Of a DNA stretch of 64,000 bases, positions 10,783 through 35,100 are shown one piece after another. The stretch's first letter is position 1, and every line of letters begins with the position of its first letter. Source of the DNA: Veleropilina oligotropha (lineage: Eukaryota); contig JBEUKZ010000005.1 in assembly GCA_048128005.1 (NCBI GenBank), positions 124,001 through 188,000 on the forward strand. The letters are read 5' to 3'. The notes below the pieces were generated by a model, which had not been told where the DNA came from, did no database searches, and was given only the letters and a program-made list of their open reading frames with translations. The position numbers were made by a program, and so were the translations under genes.

Positions 10783-12182
10783 CTGCAGATAACAAAATGA
10801 CGTGATTTCTTAACTAAAAACCGCCAAGGCAAATAATACATTAGAAAAAAGAAGAATGACACCATATGTACTGCAAGCCCCCGCCAATGATGATACGGTC
10901 TTGAAATGTCGTTGGAAATGTGTTTCTGACTATGTGATCGTGACCATATTTCAATAAAAGTTGGTCATTTGTTACTCTGTAACAATTCATGAATATTCGT
11001 TCGTAAGTACTGTAATTCATTAAGTTAATGCAATAGACAGTTTACATGTACGACATGTAAGGATGTGGGCCAATCTCCAGCAGAGTTATTTCCCTTCCCC
11101 TGTCGTGTCCGTCCATACTATCTCTGCGACCGCTGCCCCCGCCATGAGGCGAATCGCCTTATCTCGTTCTTGACGTGACATTTTCATTTTTTTTAAATTT
11201 GGTTTCATATTTTATTTTAATGATTGGTGACCACATATTTACATAGTGATTATCAGAAAATGCACTCCAAACACACAGTTTATATGTAAATGAAGCGATG
11301 TACCAGAGGAAATAATCCTGCATGTTTATGATTTATTATTTAGAATGAAACAAGATGGATGCGGTCACGCTTGAAGAAAGACCGTTTCATTTTTTTGCGG
11401 TGATAAACCGCATATTAAAATGTAATATTTAATTTAACGTAAGTAAATATTAAATATCGACTAAATAAATATGTGTGGGAGGGAGTCACTCGTTGCAAAG
11501 GCCAGCAATTCGAATATAATGCATTTTGTTGATGCTAACCGACACCGATGGCGACAAAAACAATAGCACGTGTCGGCGTATGAACACATGTACACAGAAC
11601 GACAACTGGGTCAATTGACGTCATGGAAATCACACAGATTTTCGTTTGAAATGAAAGTAGTGCTACCAGCAAGGGCAGAGACGATGTAGCGGAGTACAAT
11701 CGGCGCATGCGTGGAGCTTGGCTTTGGGTCTGTCTAAGCAAACGGGTGCCGAGTACATGCTTTTGTAATATTTTAAGTCACAGCAATAATGGTACTACAT
11801 TTGGTTGACAATGAACAGGTTCGATGGCTGTTTCTCTGAAATATTGTATTGATGGCAACATTGACACAAATTTCGGATGTTTTGATGGTGTCGTACACAA
11901 TTTCACAACACGCTTCCACAGTATGGACGATGCATGCTCATCGGAAACTGTCTATATATTATCTGGATAAACTTTTATTTTCCTATCCGTTAACTATCTA
12001 TGAATTGGGCTTGTTCCATTTAACTCTCTACATGATATATCGGTAGGGAAATACCCGTATCGTCTTGAGAGGGAAGACGGAATGTCAGGCGGCATCTACC
12101 CATCCGTGCAGTCAGTAACTCATTCATTATTTTGGTGTAGATCAATGCTTTATGTTATCTTTTTAGCCGCATTCAGTTCAAA

Positions 12183-12692
12183 CCAGAACATGTCCATATT
12201 ATCGCGGCAGGACAACCGGGTAGAAACCACCCTCTCATACCAGGACATGTCCATATTATCGCGGCAGGACAACCTGGTAGAAACCACCCTCTCATACCAG
12301 GACATGTCCATATTATCGCGGCAGGACAACCGGGTAGAAACCACCCTCTCATACCAGGACATGTCCATATTGTCGCGGCATGACAACCGGGTAGAAACCA
12401 CCCTCTCATACCAGGACATGTCCATATTATCGCGGCAGGACAACCGGGTAGAAACCACCCTCTCATGCCAGGACATGTCCATATTATCGCGGCATGACAA
12501 CCGGGTAGAAACCACCCTCTCATACCAGGACATGTCCATATTATCGCGGCAGGACAACCTGGTAGAAACCACCCTCTCATGCCAGGACATGTCCATATTG
12601 TCGCGGCAGGACAACCTGGTAGAAACCACCCTCTCATACCAGGACATGTCCATATTGTCGCGGCAGGACAACCGGGTAGAAACCACCCTCTC
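12183..12692. repeat. 57-bp minisatellite (~9 copies) derived from a SINE body
   Basis: Unit ggacatgtccatattatcgcggcaggacaaccgggtagaaaccaccctctcatacca; matches the SINE segment at about 30711-30770. Confidence 0.9.
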
Positions 12693-12901
12693 CGGCCGGT
12701 TGTTCATCATCTGGTCTCGAACCTTCGGTTGTAAGACAAATTTGTATATTACTAAAATATCCAATACTGAATTTGCTGCAATGATATGCATGCTAACTGC
12801 TACTTCCAATCAAATGTTAAATGATATAACTATTACCATTTATTCAGGCAACCCATCATTAAAAGGGAATATGTAATACTAATTGACAATAGATTGGTTA
12901 C

Positions 12902-14291
12902 TTTGATCCATATCGAAGATTTCGGTCGCCGCCGAGCACATGTGCGCGATTCCCGCCGACTTTGAGAGCACTTCGCCAAATGTGAATTTTGTGTGATGTT
13001 CGTGGAGAGCCATCTCCAAAAGCTCGATCTGTAAGGGGGGACTTTCGGTCAGGCAAATTTTTCAACTATGTATTTATACATATCGTGATATTTTTATATA
13101 TTGAAGTGATCATATAAAATGATACGAATATAATTGTAGCATAGTAGAACGTAGAACGGGGCCACGTAGCTTCTGAAGTGATTTTTCAGAGTTCTGTTGA
13201 ACCTATGAAAATGCGCACTATTTTCTACATGTATAGCAAGACAGCTGTAAGATATTTTCGGCAAACATTACTTGATCGAGTTCTATAAAAGAGAGTTACA
13301 AAACATTAGCCATTTTATAATAGCGTATTATTTCGATTTAAATTTGTTCTTTGTACCAGGTTTTGATATTTTGACATATATGTCTAGCAGCATACCAATA
13401 TACATGTTCACCTCAAACTTCTCCAGCGTTTGCGTGTTTCCCAACTTTCTACTTTCATCCGCGGTCATCGTTTTAATGTAGCATTCTCGATGAAGTAACA
13501 CACCATATAACATCTGGAAGAGGAGGCAGCAGAGGAGCCTCACTCATATACGACCACCGGATACAACTTACGATTTAATTGTAGGTGTAAGGTAAATATA
13601 ACTTCACGAACATGTGTTGATGTACCTTATCTGTCACCACTGGATACCTAGAAGGGTGAATGTGTTTTGCACGAGAGTGATCTGCAAACGACCGAATTTA
13701 GTGAGCAGATAATGATGGCCATGCAATAGAAACGCACTTGTAATATTGTCAAGTGTGCAACATTTTTGGTTAAGTTTATTGTATTCTGCGACGAATTAAC
13801 GGATGGTATGCTCCTAAATTTCACCAACAACGAAAATTCTATTAGATGGTTGCGAACGTTAAATTTTACGACATAAATTCTCACTTACCGATTTATGATC
13901 AAAGTAGGAAAGCGTTTTGGATTGAAGATCAAGAGACGTGGCTGAAGAAGTTGATTGTTGATGTGTGAGGCCTGGCTGGAAATGTAAAATGAATTAACGA
14001 AAATATCGAAATGGCATAAAAATCAATGCTCAGTTTTGTTGTTTAGCGAACATAATCGAATATACATGCATATTTCTCAATCATGTTTATTCGAATGGAA
14101 CTTTTAACAGCTTCCTAGCAACGTGAAGGAAAATGCAATATACCATATTTATGTATATATTGTTATTAATATGTTTGGACGAATGTGGGACTTAAAGACA
14201 AGTCGGACCAATGCAGAGACACATATCTCAATTAGAAAATACTTACCATATATGATAACAGATCAAGCAGGCCTACAACTACAAGTGCCAT
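12902..14291 (-). pseudogene. candidate exon chain of an unknown, possibly decayed gene, head-to-head with ADA
   Basis: Phase-compatible GT-AG exons 14291-14247 (GCCATGG, MALVVVGLLDLLSYM), 13975-13889, 13513-13412, 13028-12902. No family recognised and no clean continuation. Confidence 0.3.
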
Positions 14292-15023
14292 GGCACGCAA
14301 TTGGTTATCATAGACAGTGCATCAAACAATTATTAAAATATAGATCTAATGTCGAACAGCGTTGAATGGCAAGTGTGTACATTTTCACATGTGTTATCAG
14401 ATATGCCAACGAAATACAGGTTCTCACTTGGGCTATTATCATACCTGATGTATTAATTGTCCAATTATTTTCCCGAGATATGCTATATGGGTATAATATC
14501 GATGCAAAATGGTTGAAATGGGTTAATATTAATATGTTGACTCTACGAAACAGATGAAAAGTATTTATATACGGAGACAAACTGTGTGTTTTGGGAGTTG
14601 TAAGAAACACACGTCATCGCACAAGCGTCACAGCGAACTTCTAGCAGATATATGTGTATATAGTATTGCCAATACTCGTCCAATGTATGATTATTAGTTG
14701 CCAAATAATTTATGAATGTATAGTATAACGATCGCTTATTTGCACTACTGTTTCGATATATCAACGAATAGCCTCCAGGCAGCGATCCTTAAGCCGAATA
14801 CAATATGCTGACATCACGTTGTATAAAGGACATACAGGGAGTATGCAAACACCGTGTTCGGCTTAAGTGAAATACCGGCCTACTTACATGAACTTAATAT
14901 AAAGACCCCATGACCATGAACAATTACTATATTATGTAGGTCTACTTATTGCACGGTTAAACCACATTTGAAATAGGATAAAAACCCACATCACATTGTT
15001 ATTCATTTGGAAGCGTATTCGAG

Positions 15024-26513
<11,490 letters not shown>

Positions 26514-27099
26514 CGTCACACGAAACATGTTTATAGCGATGCCTACTGGCGTCACACGAAACATATTTACGGCGTTTCCTTTCGACATGCTTTTCACGGA
26601 TTTATTAAGCGCACCGTAAACTACTTATCAACATTTGTTAAATATGTATAAACACAAATTAATAATACTGTTCTGATTATATCGCAAATATTTTCCAACA
26701 TGGTGCATCATTATATCTTAGTTGTGTTTTAGGGCCGCTACGACAGATTAAGACGTGTGGTTTCGGTTACAGACTGCGAAAATCACTGGCTTGGTTCAAC
26801 TGACACGAACAGTAGTGGGCTCAAATCTTCGTTAGGATATTAATTAATTATTTGTTCAGTTATCAATCACAGTTGTCCGTAACTGGTTGGAGATGGCGAG
26901 TTTCCCCGCACGACCGGACTTTTATACCGCTATAACATATCCATCCTGCTTTGAATCTATTGGCTGAAAATATACAGAACATATTAATCATCGATCATTT
27001 TCTTTCCTTTCCTTTAGTTGCATTTTAATGTATGGTAAAATACGTATGCATAAAGAACGTGTGACAGAAGTGTTTATTTAATAGGAAATTGATATTTAA

Positions 27100-27545
27100 A
27101 TGGACTATTGCCCGTAAATGCGCTCTATTCGTGACTGTGTAGCATGACTGATCACCATCTATCGCACGGTTCGCCCACACTGACACCAATTTCACGAAGA
27201 TATGATCGACATATGATCAAATGATGAATTTTTATTGAAATTATTATTGTAACTGGGCAATATATATTATGGTCAAATAGAAATCGATCGTACTTGATGA
27301 GCGGAAACCTACGCAGCTTTTCTCCAACTAGTTCAATTGGAAATGTCACTCGGTGCGAGGTAATTAAAAGAGGACCAGTTTTAGTTATTTTTGCATCTTC
27401 AGTAGCGATTATTTTAAACGTTAGTAAATTACTGACGAAAGTTGAGTGCTGAAATTTCCTAACTTTTTATGTCATTAACAAAAAAGTGTAATATGGTTAG
27501 TTTTCTTTTCAAAGAAAAAGAGCGCATTTACGGGAAATAGTCTAA
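27100..27545. mobile_element. MITE with ~25-bp terminal inverted repeats
   Basis: ggactattgcccgtaaatgcgctct ... agagcgcatttacgggaaatagtct, with TTAA on both sides. Confidence 0.55.
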
Positions 27546-28982
27546 TTAAAGCTCAGTTTTAAATAAATTCAAAATTCTGATATGCAGTTATATCATTTGT
27601 ATCCATGCTAAAATAAATTTATTTTACTAATTTTATCTTTCAAGTCGCCAAAATTGGAAAATGTCCGGACATTTTCCCCAACTCTAGGGATATCTCCCAC
27701 GGCAACCATCTTGAATGCGAAAACGACCTAAATCGTTTGGAGTCGTGACCTAATTATACGAAATCTTTGTAGGGAAATACGCAATCAATCGTACTCTGCT
27801 TGGGTAAATACCCAAATTGTCATTCCTCAAGTTACTATTTTTTTAATTATATTGCAATACATGGATAAAAATGGCACCAAAGTACTCCGGTAAGCTTAAA
27901 TAGCACAACCTGGTTTAGATCTGTAATGTTGTAATTGTTATGAATGTAGTTATCTCCCTTTGTTAATGTACGAGTTGTTGCACTCGGATGGCTTGATATG
28001 TAGCGCCATATGTTATTACCTTCGCCCACGTAGTGTGGGAGAAGGTATTGCAATCGGGTCGGTTTGTCTGTCTGTCTGTCTGTTTGCGAGCATATCTCAA
28101 GAATCGTCGATCCGATTAACTCCATTTCTGTACCCGAGATTGGGTCCATCTTACGCTCTCAACGATGATTCGAATCGGAAAGGGGATCCGGATATTATGA
28201 CGCAGTTTCGTAATTTCCGGTTTGGAGATTGTCTGTCCGCGAATATAGCTAAACAACCGTTGATCCGATTTACTCAATTTTTTTACGTAAGATAGGGTCC
28301 GCCCTAGACTCGGTCCTCCTCAAAGATAATCCGATTCTGACAGCGGATCCGTATTTTATGAAGCAATTTCCGGTTTGCGGATTGGTCTCAATGACCACCG
28401 ATCCGATTTACTCTATTTTTGACACAATATAGAGTCCACCCTAGACTAGGTCCTCATTAACGATGATCGGGTCGAAAAGCCGAATCGGATTATACGACGC
28501 AATTTACGGTTTGCGAATCAAACGTTAAAACGCTTCGCCGTACTAACTTCAAATTAGGCTAAACATGTTATTTAACTATTATTCGCTGATATTTCTATAG
28601 CTTTCACCGTTCCTGACCACCGGGGTGAAGGTTTGCAATCTCAGACTGCCTTGTTCGTGATGGAGTGGACATGTGTTTATGTGAATGTCGATTTTCAATT
28701 TAATATGTTATAAACATTTGTCATCTTTCACTTATATCTAACTATCAATGATCGCCTTTTACTTGCACGGTTGCACGATGTCGGTTGGGTCCTCTTCAAC
28801 AACGGTTCCCATGCTATTGGACTCTACGTCCAAGCTGGTAACGACCAGTATAGGTATCTGTCGTATAACTAGTACACGCGTCATACCTTAGGAGTAGACT
28901 TGGTGAAGCCTCGCGATGGTAATCGCCCTCAAAGCAATATGAGTATTTTCTCAAAACTTTTCTTTATAGTTTTATGGTACTT

Positions 28983-29130
28983 TCAATGTTTCATTATATC
29001 TGATTCACTAATGTTCACCAAAACTCGTATGAAGAGCGGTTGGTAACCTGTTTGTAGTACCCTATAGTATTTGAGACTATTCAATCCATCTAAATGAAAT
29101 CTTTTGCTAGCGTCATATACTAAATCCCAC
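28983..29130 (-). CDS. GT7 gene exon 6 (terminal)
   Basis: WDLVYDASKRFHLDGLNSLKY..PLFIRVLVNI..KH*. Confidence 0.92.
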
Positions 29131-32100
29131 CTGGAAGAAAAAAATGGGTAAAAAAATAATTCTTCTAAAATATGTCAAAGGCATATATACATTATATATA
29201 ACGGTAGATTTATATCGCGCTCTATCCATATATATGATCGCAGCCGCTGTCACAAATTATTATCCCTGGTGTTTATCTGCCTGTTCTGATCATGGATCCA
29301 TCTCCGCTCTCTTTGAGAGTATTACTTTCAAGCTTCCACTAGCGAGCGCTACGACTAATTATCACGCTAACCAGGTACCCACTTAAGTCGGCTGGGTGAA
29401 CATATATGCTTATTCCTTGCCAAGGGAATGCACCGCGACGGATATTGAACCCGAAACCTCTCGGTGAGAGGTATGTGCTCTACCACTGAGCCACGGCAGC
29501 ATATACTCGAGATGCAAATCACATTTCAAGCACTGTGTTACACACGAATACCGGTACCCGCTTTAACGTAAAGGTGTCAATCAAGGAAATGTCAATTTCC
29601 ATACTTGCATTCTTTCGAAAAAAGCCGATTGGATACGACGGTGGTCTACAAAGCTGAAGGTCATGCATTTAAATCCTGTAAGTACCGGGAATTCACACCA
29701 TGATAGCTGACTCCATTGCACCAATGCATCTCAACATGCCAAGTTGATTGACCCGATATATGACTGAAATGTTGTTGGCGTGGTCGTTCAACATCAATTC
29801 ATTCATTCGAAAATGCGCAGGTAATATGGCAATTTCATTAACATATTTCTTGCTTTAAAACATTCATATTTTTTATCATGATATGCTTTATTTATATAAC
29901 AGGATTTACCTTTCGATAACATTAAACGTAATTTTGCACCAAAAGTCACCATGATGTATTTGCACAGATGGAAAATATATATATACTTTCAAAGAAACTG
30001 AGTAGTTATTCGTTTACCTTCCTTTGTTCTTTTCCGCCTGATCGTGTTTGATCATGTGATACCTACCACGGTTGTCATTGTAGCTGGTCACTTTTAATCC
30101 AGCATGTTTAACTCTATAAGGACAAACTAAGGCGCATGATTATGGAGAATCCATCAGCAATTGGGAAATAAATTGAACACATAATATTCAACGAAACATC
30201 CATTGAATATCATTTATAATTGGTTTGCCGATCGGACAGTGAATACAAATTTATCACCGATATAAAGAATGTTTAAACTCGATCATATTTCATATAAATT
30301 TAAATCACACGCGGTTGAAGTTATTAATTTTAAATCGCCAAGGCTCGTGAAATTAAACAAATATCACTCGTGACCTAAATTTGATATAAAATTGGATCCC
30401 GATTAATATTCTCTATATCTCTCACATAGCCTGCTTATGGGGTGTCGCGCTTTTCTGCGCTGTGATTTAATGTCGCTACCCTAGCAGCAAATCTGATTGT
30501 CTCACTACTTTTTTTCTCCCCTGAGGATTCCGATTAATTTCCGTGATTTCCATTGACAAGTGTATACAATACGTAAATGGCCTTAAATAAAACGGTCTAT
30601 AAGTGCATTATTAGTTACTACTGATAAAGCCAGCATCGAAACTCGAAGGGAAAAAAGGAAAGAATCGATGCTTAACGTCTTGTGTATTTACAATCATCGG
30701 GTTGAAAGCAGGACATGTCCATATTATCGCGGGAAGAAAGCCAGGTCGCCCGGGGAAACCCGCTCTCTATGACAAATTACGGACAAATAATGCCAATGAT
30801 CCAACCGAGATTCGAACCAACTACCCACCAACGTGTCAGCGGAATCAGAGCCTGCAGCCGAAACCACACGACTGTCGGAGCGGCCGAGCTCGAAGGGGCA
30901 CTAGCCTGGATTCTGAATTGACTCCCTAGACTGATCTGAAGGGGCACTAGCCTGGATTCTGAATTGACTCCCTAGACTGATCTGAAGGGGCACTAGCCTG
31001 GATTCTGAATTGACTCCCTAGAGTGATCTGAAGGGGCACTAGCCTGGATTCTGAATTGACTCCCTAGAGTGATCTGAAGGGGCACTAGCCTGGATTCTGA
31101 ATTGACTCCCTAGACTGATCTGAAGGGGCACTAGCCTGGATTCTGAATTGACTCCCTAGACTGATCTGAAGGGGCACTAGCCTGGATTCTGAATTGACTC
31201 CCTAGAGTGATCTGAAGGGGCACTAGCCTGGATTCTGAATTGACTCCCTAGACTGATCTGAAGGGGCACTAGCCTGGATTCTGAATTGACTCCCTAGAGT
31301 GATCTGAAGGGGCACTAGCCTGGATTCTGAATTGACTCCCTAGACTGATCTGAAGGGGCACTAGCCTGGATTCTGAATTGACTCCCTAGACTGATCTGAA
31401 GGGGCACTAGCCTGGATTCTGAATTGACTCCCTAGAGTGATCTGAAGGGGCACTAGCCTGGATTCTGAATTGACTCCCTAGACTGATCTGTTTGACAGTA
31501 GTGGCCTTGAACCTTGGTTGGCCACTCTTAGTTCAGTTAACAGTCCACGTTGTGCATAACTGGCCCACCTGACATTCGGCGATAAAAGGGACATGCTTGG
31601 CATGAACTGATGGTTATTAAAATGGTGATGAAGTAGGCAATAAATACCTCCATCAATATCATTCTGCGAGAGTGTTTTTACCTTTTCGCTAGATCATCAT
31701 CTTCGCCACCCCAACCGAAATATTTATTGGAAAAACCATTGATCTTGATAAAATCCTTCTTGGATAAGCAAGTTACACCACCCATATTGCCGGGATATTT
31801 TAACCTAGAAAAAATGTAAATATAAGCTTTATTGTTGAAGATTCAAACGCTCTCTTTTAGTAGGTTACATAATCTTAATATAATGGAGCTATAATTGTAT
31901 GCGGGTCTGTCTGTCTGTCTGTTTCAAGTTGAACTCCTCCCAGACGCTTTGACCTAGGACCTTCAAACTTTGGGGGGTTAATCGGGGTCCCCCAAGGAAG
32001 GTTTACCACGAAAAAAATTCGGAAAATTCGCGAAAAAAAAAAAAATTTACTATCATTTTTAATATAATCTTAATATAATGGAGCTATAATTGTATGCGGG

Positions 32101-35100
32101 TCTGTCTGTCTGTCTGTTTCAAGTTGAACTCCTCCCAGACGCTTTGACCTAGGACCTTCAAACTTTGGGGGGTTAATCGGGGTCCCCCAAGGAAGGTTTA
32201 CCACGAAAAAAATTCGGAAAATTCGCGAAAAAAAAAAATATTTACTATCATTTTTAATATAATCTTAATATAATGGAGCTATAATTGTATGCGGGTCTGT
32301 CTGTCTGTCTGTTTCAAGTTGAACTCCTCCCAGACGCTTTGACCTAGGACCTTCAAACTTTGGGGGGTTAATCGGGGTCCCCCAAGGAAGGTTTACCACG
32401 AAAAAAATTCGGAAAATTCGCGAAAAAAAAAAAAATTTACTATCATTTTTAATATAATCGAGAAAAAAAAAAAGAAAAAAAAAGGGAGCACTATCCAAAA
32501 AAAAAAAAAAAAAATTTGGGCTGGGGGGACTTACCCGTCGGAGACGGGTACCATAGCTAGTATAACTAAGTAGGTATATTATAAACATTGCCATGAGCAC
32601 ACCAGGCAATTCCTGTTTCAACACTATGATATTCCTCACCAGCGCAATTGATTTAAAATTTGCTGTGTATGTCTCTCCCGTTGCTAGGTCATTTCTTGGT
32701 TTTGGTGTGTACTAAATTACACGTCCATAAAAGACGCATGGTCACTACCGCGGTACGTTTCTAAATCACGCGATCTAAACGTATCAAAAAGTCTGCATAC
32801 TGTGTTTATTTTGTACAAACAATAAAAGCATGCGTAAAAATTTCCAAAGAAATACGATGATACAATTTCTGCGAATAATAGTTAAAGAACATTTTGAGCC
32901 TAATTTGAAGTTTGTACGGCGAAGCGTTCTAGCGCTAGTAGTTATGGGGCATATGTTTTCATGTTGGAAAATCATGTTAATTTATGGCACCAATGATTTT
33001 CTACTTCAGAATATCCCACTAAACATTGGTGCCAATTTTTCTAAGAAGGTTTAATATTATTTGTACATGTTTTTTTTTACATGCATATAATATGCAGAGT
33101 CGCCAAAATTTTCAAGGTAAGTATTTTCGATTAATTGTGTTATAAAGCTGAGCAATTTCACAAGGGTGGAGCTTTTAATACTGTATACACACTGGAACAG
33201 AGGAAACAAACACTCATAGTGAAGATACACACACGGATAGTCATATTGATATACACACAATAATGGATGACACAATCAAGCATACTGAATCAGACACACG
33301 TACAGATCACAGTTTGTCCCAACTTGGGCTGCATACAACTCGGTAGTCACAGATGACCACCTGTAACATTCCAGTGCCAGCCCATGAATGGTCCACACTT
33401 CTCACCATTCTGCAGCATGCACAACACCAGTGCATATGTTGTCGGACCTAACAAAAAGACCACCATCACCTTGGACTTGGATCGTATCTTAAACCAGAAA
33501 TGTCAAAGTGCATTCTATTATTAGGTGAATAATTATTCCACACGACACTCTATGCATTGCGCGCTATTGATAGTTCTATAGACGCCAGTGGAATTGATGA
33601 TGCATGGATATAAGCTGATATCTATGGTCCGGTAACCACAAGGCAAATCTTAGAGTGAAGACACATGAACGGATCTGTCTCAGCGCACATTATCACTATA
33701 CAAGCTCTAAATGTTCTCCATGTGGATGAATTTCTCTCGACAGAAGAAACGGGTAATCTGAAGTCAGCATTTGGTATATATGACACTAACAGGGCAAAAC
33801 AGATATCACGAAACATATGTGACATTGCAATTGAATTGCAGAAGAAACTATCCCAATTTAGCACCAAGCGTGAGGAGGTTTCTCCAACATTCAAGATGAT
33901 GTGATTGTACATGAATATTGTTCCCTCTCTCCTCCAATTCATAAAGGCGTCACGGAATGGAGAGTGGGTCCTTCATCACACTTCCCTGGAGGAATTATGC
34001 TCTTACTTCTTCAGACAACTTACGTTAAAATATGTCCAACACATCCCTGAATACGTTGCAAAAATATACAGCCTTCAAGAAAGTGATAACATTGCTTGGA
34101 AATAATTCCTCGTAGGTAATTTCTGTGTGAAGAAAACAGAAGTTTCGCTTTACAGTTTGGGCGTGGATCGTGCGCTGGAATAAGAGAACACAAGACTGAA
34201 AGTTCTTGGATGATTGAAGGGTATCAGTATCACTGTATCACAAACAAGCTAAATCGCTAGAAGCTGAGAAAATGTCAGGGTTCACCCCAGACAAACGAAC
34301 CATGCATCACGAAATGACAAATAAAATTCAAGTCAGGTAAGAAATGAAGGTGAATACATTGAAATCAATATTGAAAGAATGAATCCTTTCAGCTATGAAC
34401 GACCGCACCTGATTAATGTCGTCACCAAATCGTTGATACAAGATGGAATTAAAGAAGATACCGGTATTCTCATACAAGAACATTGTGGAGTTGATGAATA
34501 TCATGATTTCGTCCAAAAGCGAATTGTTGGCGAACAGCTTATTTGGGATAAAGTTTCCAAAGTAAAACTCCAATGTTGGACATCAACAGGGAAGAAGTCA
34601 ATTGTGGTCAAATCTTGAACTGAAGGAGAATCGCTCTCTGATTGCCCGAATGGCTATTGTTTCGATGTCTACCAGATCTTAATCTAGAGAATGCAGTTGG
34701 TCAATATGAATTTTCGATTGTTGCTCGCTCATTATTCAGAGCAGATGGCACTCTTATACCATGCAACGACAAGCATAAACTCACGACAGAGCTGAAGAAA
34801 GCGGTCGTAGAGAACGAAGAGGAGACCATCACACGTCTTGGTCAGCGAGCAGTCATCATTGACGCCATAGCTATCGTACAACAGCTTGGAACCAGTAATA
34901 TATCTTCCTGTAAAATTCTGTCTGACAACATCATTCATTGGCTATACCAGTATGTACAATCTCACCAGTCTTTTCACATGGTATTTGACCATTATGATAT
35001 GCAAATGTCCTTGAAGCAACAGACTATGGAACGACGAATGGCAAGTACAAAGACGCTTACGGGCAAGTCACATATATGTGCAGATGCCACACCAGATCTT

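Noticed and set aside
12082..12876. 264-aa repetitive ORF and overlapping minus-strand ORFs
   Set aside because: Open only because a stop-free 57-bp (19-codon) SINE-derived unit is repeated.
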